From Octopus sinensis (Eukaryota): a DNA stretch of 64,000 bases. The position numbers were made by a program, and so were the translations under genes. The notes below the pieces were generated by a model. That model did no database searches, was not told the origin of the DNA, and saw only the letters and a program-made list of their open reading frames with translations. How positions within the stretch are numbered: the first letter of the stretch is position 1; each line of letters begins with the position of its first letter. Positions 62,761 to 64,000 of the stretch are shown here, piece by piece. Location: contig NC_042997.1 of NCBI RefSeq assembly GCF_006345805.1, positions 129,394,001-129,458,000 of the forward strand, given 5' to 3'.

Positions 62761-63842
62761 TTTCTATAAATGCATTTGCAAAATCAATTGAATAATTCAT
62801 GTGTTGTGAAAAATGCTCATGAATTAAAACTGTGTTGAATGCCAAACTAGTTAAGATGAATAATGTCACTGTAGGGAAAAGGAGAAAAGATAAACATCCT
62901 TTTTACGAGAAATTAGTAGAAAATGAGACATTGAAAATTGACATTGCTGATATTTTAGATTACCTTAAAAGGTAGCTCTGTACAAAAAGGAAAAGATTTA
63001 GTTGTTTCCTGTGGTCCTGACTTCTGTCAGACAAAAGAGAGAGTGAAGTGAAACTGATTGTGAAACACTCGAGACTTGGGAATTCTCATGGTAACTCACT
63101 TTATTATTGTTATGTGATTTCAGTCTATAGAAACATATTAATAGTGAATTTAATCTTTCTTTTATGGCATAATTAGTTGTTGTTCAAAATAGTTTATTAT
63201 TGGGTGAACTAATTTTGTGAATAAACATGAATTCCATCAAGGAATTCAGATTCATTCCGAACTATGGAGCCCAGTAGCAAGCAACATCCCAAAGGAATAC
63301 ATATGCTTCCTATTGGTACACTTGTGGCAAACAATTTCTAAATGAATTCAACAATTCGCTGTCACTAAACTAGTTGCAGACAATTTCAAAAGAATGTTTA
63401 CTGTGTAATAAAGTTCAATTTCCTTGAATACAGCCAAACTCATATATAAAGTGCTTGGGCTAATGCATACAGTGTCCTGTTGTTCATACAGTTACTGATG
63501 CATTCTGTATGCATATTGATCATGTAGTCCATATGGTTACACAAGATGCTGAAGGAGGCCTGACTTATCTCTCATTTCCATCCATCCTTTGTATAAAGAA
63601 AAGAAAGATAAAAGTGGGTTTCTTGTCAAGAAAGTCAACTTTGAGACCATCAGTATTAACAATCTGAACTGGAAATTCTTGAGTGTCCAACAGATGACAT
63701 TATATGATCAGATATATGTTAACTACAGTGGTTTGTTTTCTCTCAATCAAAAACAGTCTTTCAATTCCTTTAGCACAATAAAATGTTTTGTTCTTAATAT
63801 GGATTGGTTGACATATGTACTGCATGTAGCAGTGAAGTGTCT

Positions 63843-64000
63843 GATTGGTTGGCATCCTTTCTGTCTCGGGAAACAATGGAGTTGTGCATAAAGTGGTCTA
63901 GTCCGGCTTTTATATTTCATGTCCTGATACATTTCCTGCTGTGGCTGTGTAGTCCTATCCTGGACAAACACTCCCTCTGGCAGGTACCGCAAATGTAGTG
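63843..64000 (-). mobile_element. 3' end of an RTE-clade LINE (C-terminal zinc-finger-like motif, stop and 3' UTR); continues beyond the window
   Basis: 63917-64000 reads HYICGTCQRECLSRIGLHSHSRKCIRT* (CxxC...SRIGLHSH..C), followed by an RTE-type 3' UTR CCATTGTTTCCCGAGACAGAAAGGATGCCA. Confidence 0.8.

Overview
AT-rich, repeat-dense eukaryotic genomic DNA. The repeat families and (CA)n/(TA)n content suggest a coleoid cephalopod, probably Octopus (inference). There are two convergent protein-coding genes. POMGNT2 (GT61 O-mannose beta-1,4-GlcNAc transferase) is on the + strand with a single coding exon at 15080-16876. PRMT5 is complete on the - strand in 17 coding exons (60175 to 27778; 1893 nt, 630 aa), reconstructed by hand with GT-AG sites and consistent phases at every junction. 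The rest is a layered transposon landscape: at least four tRNA-derived SINE families, decayed Gypsy, RTE, Jockey/CR1-like and Penelope-like fragments, three non-autonomous Helitrons in PRMT5 introns, and hAT, piggyBac and Tigger-like MITEs. The most unusual object is a 107-bp-arm fold-back in PRMT5 intron 1 (58973-59200), in which each arm contains a minimal type-I hammerhead-ribozyme motif of the Penelope pseudo-LTR type. No database searches could be run, so family names rest on motif recognition and many repeat boundaries are approximate.
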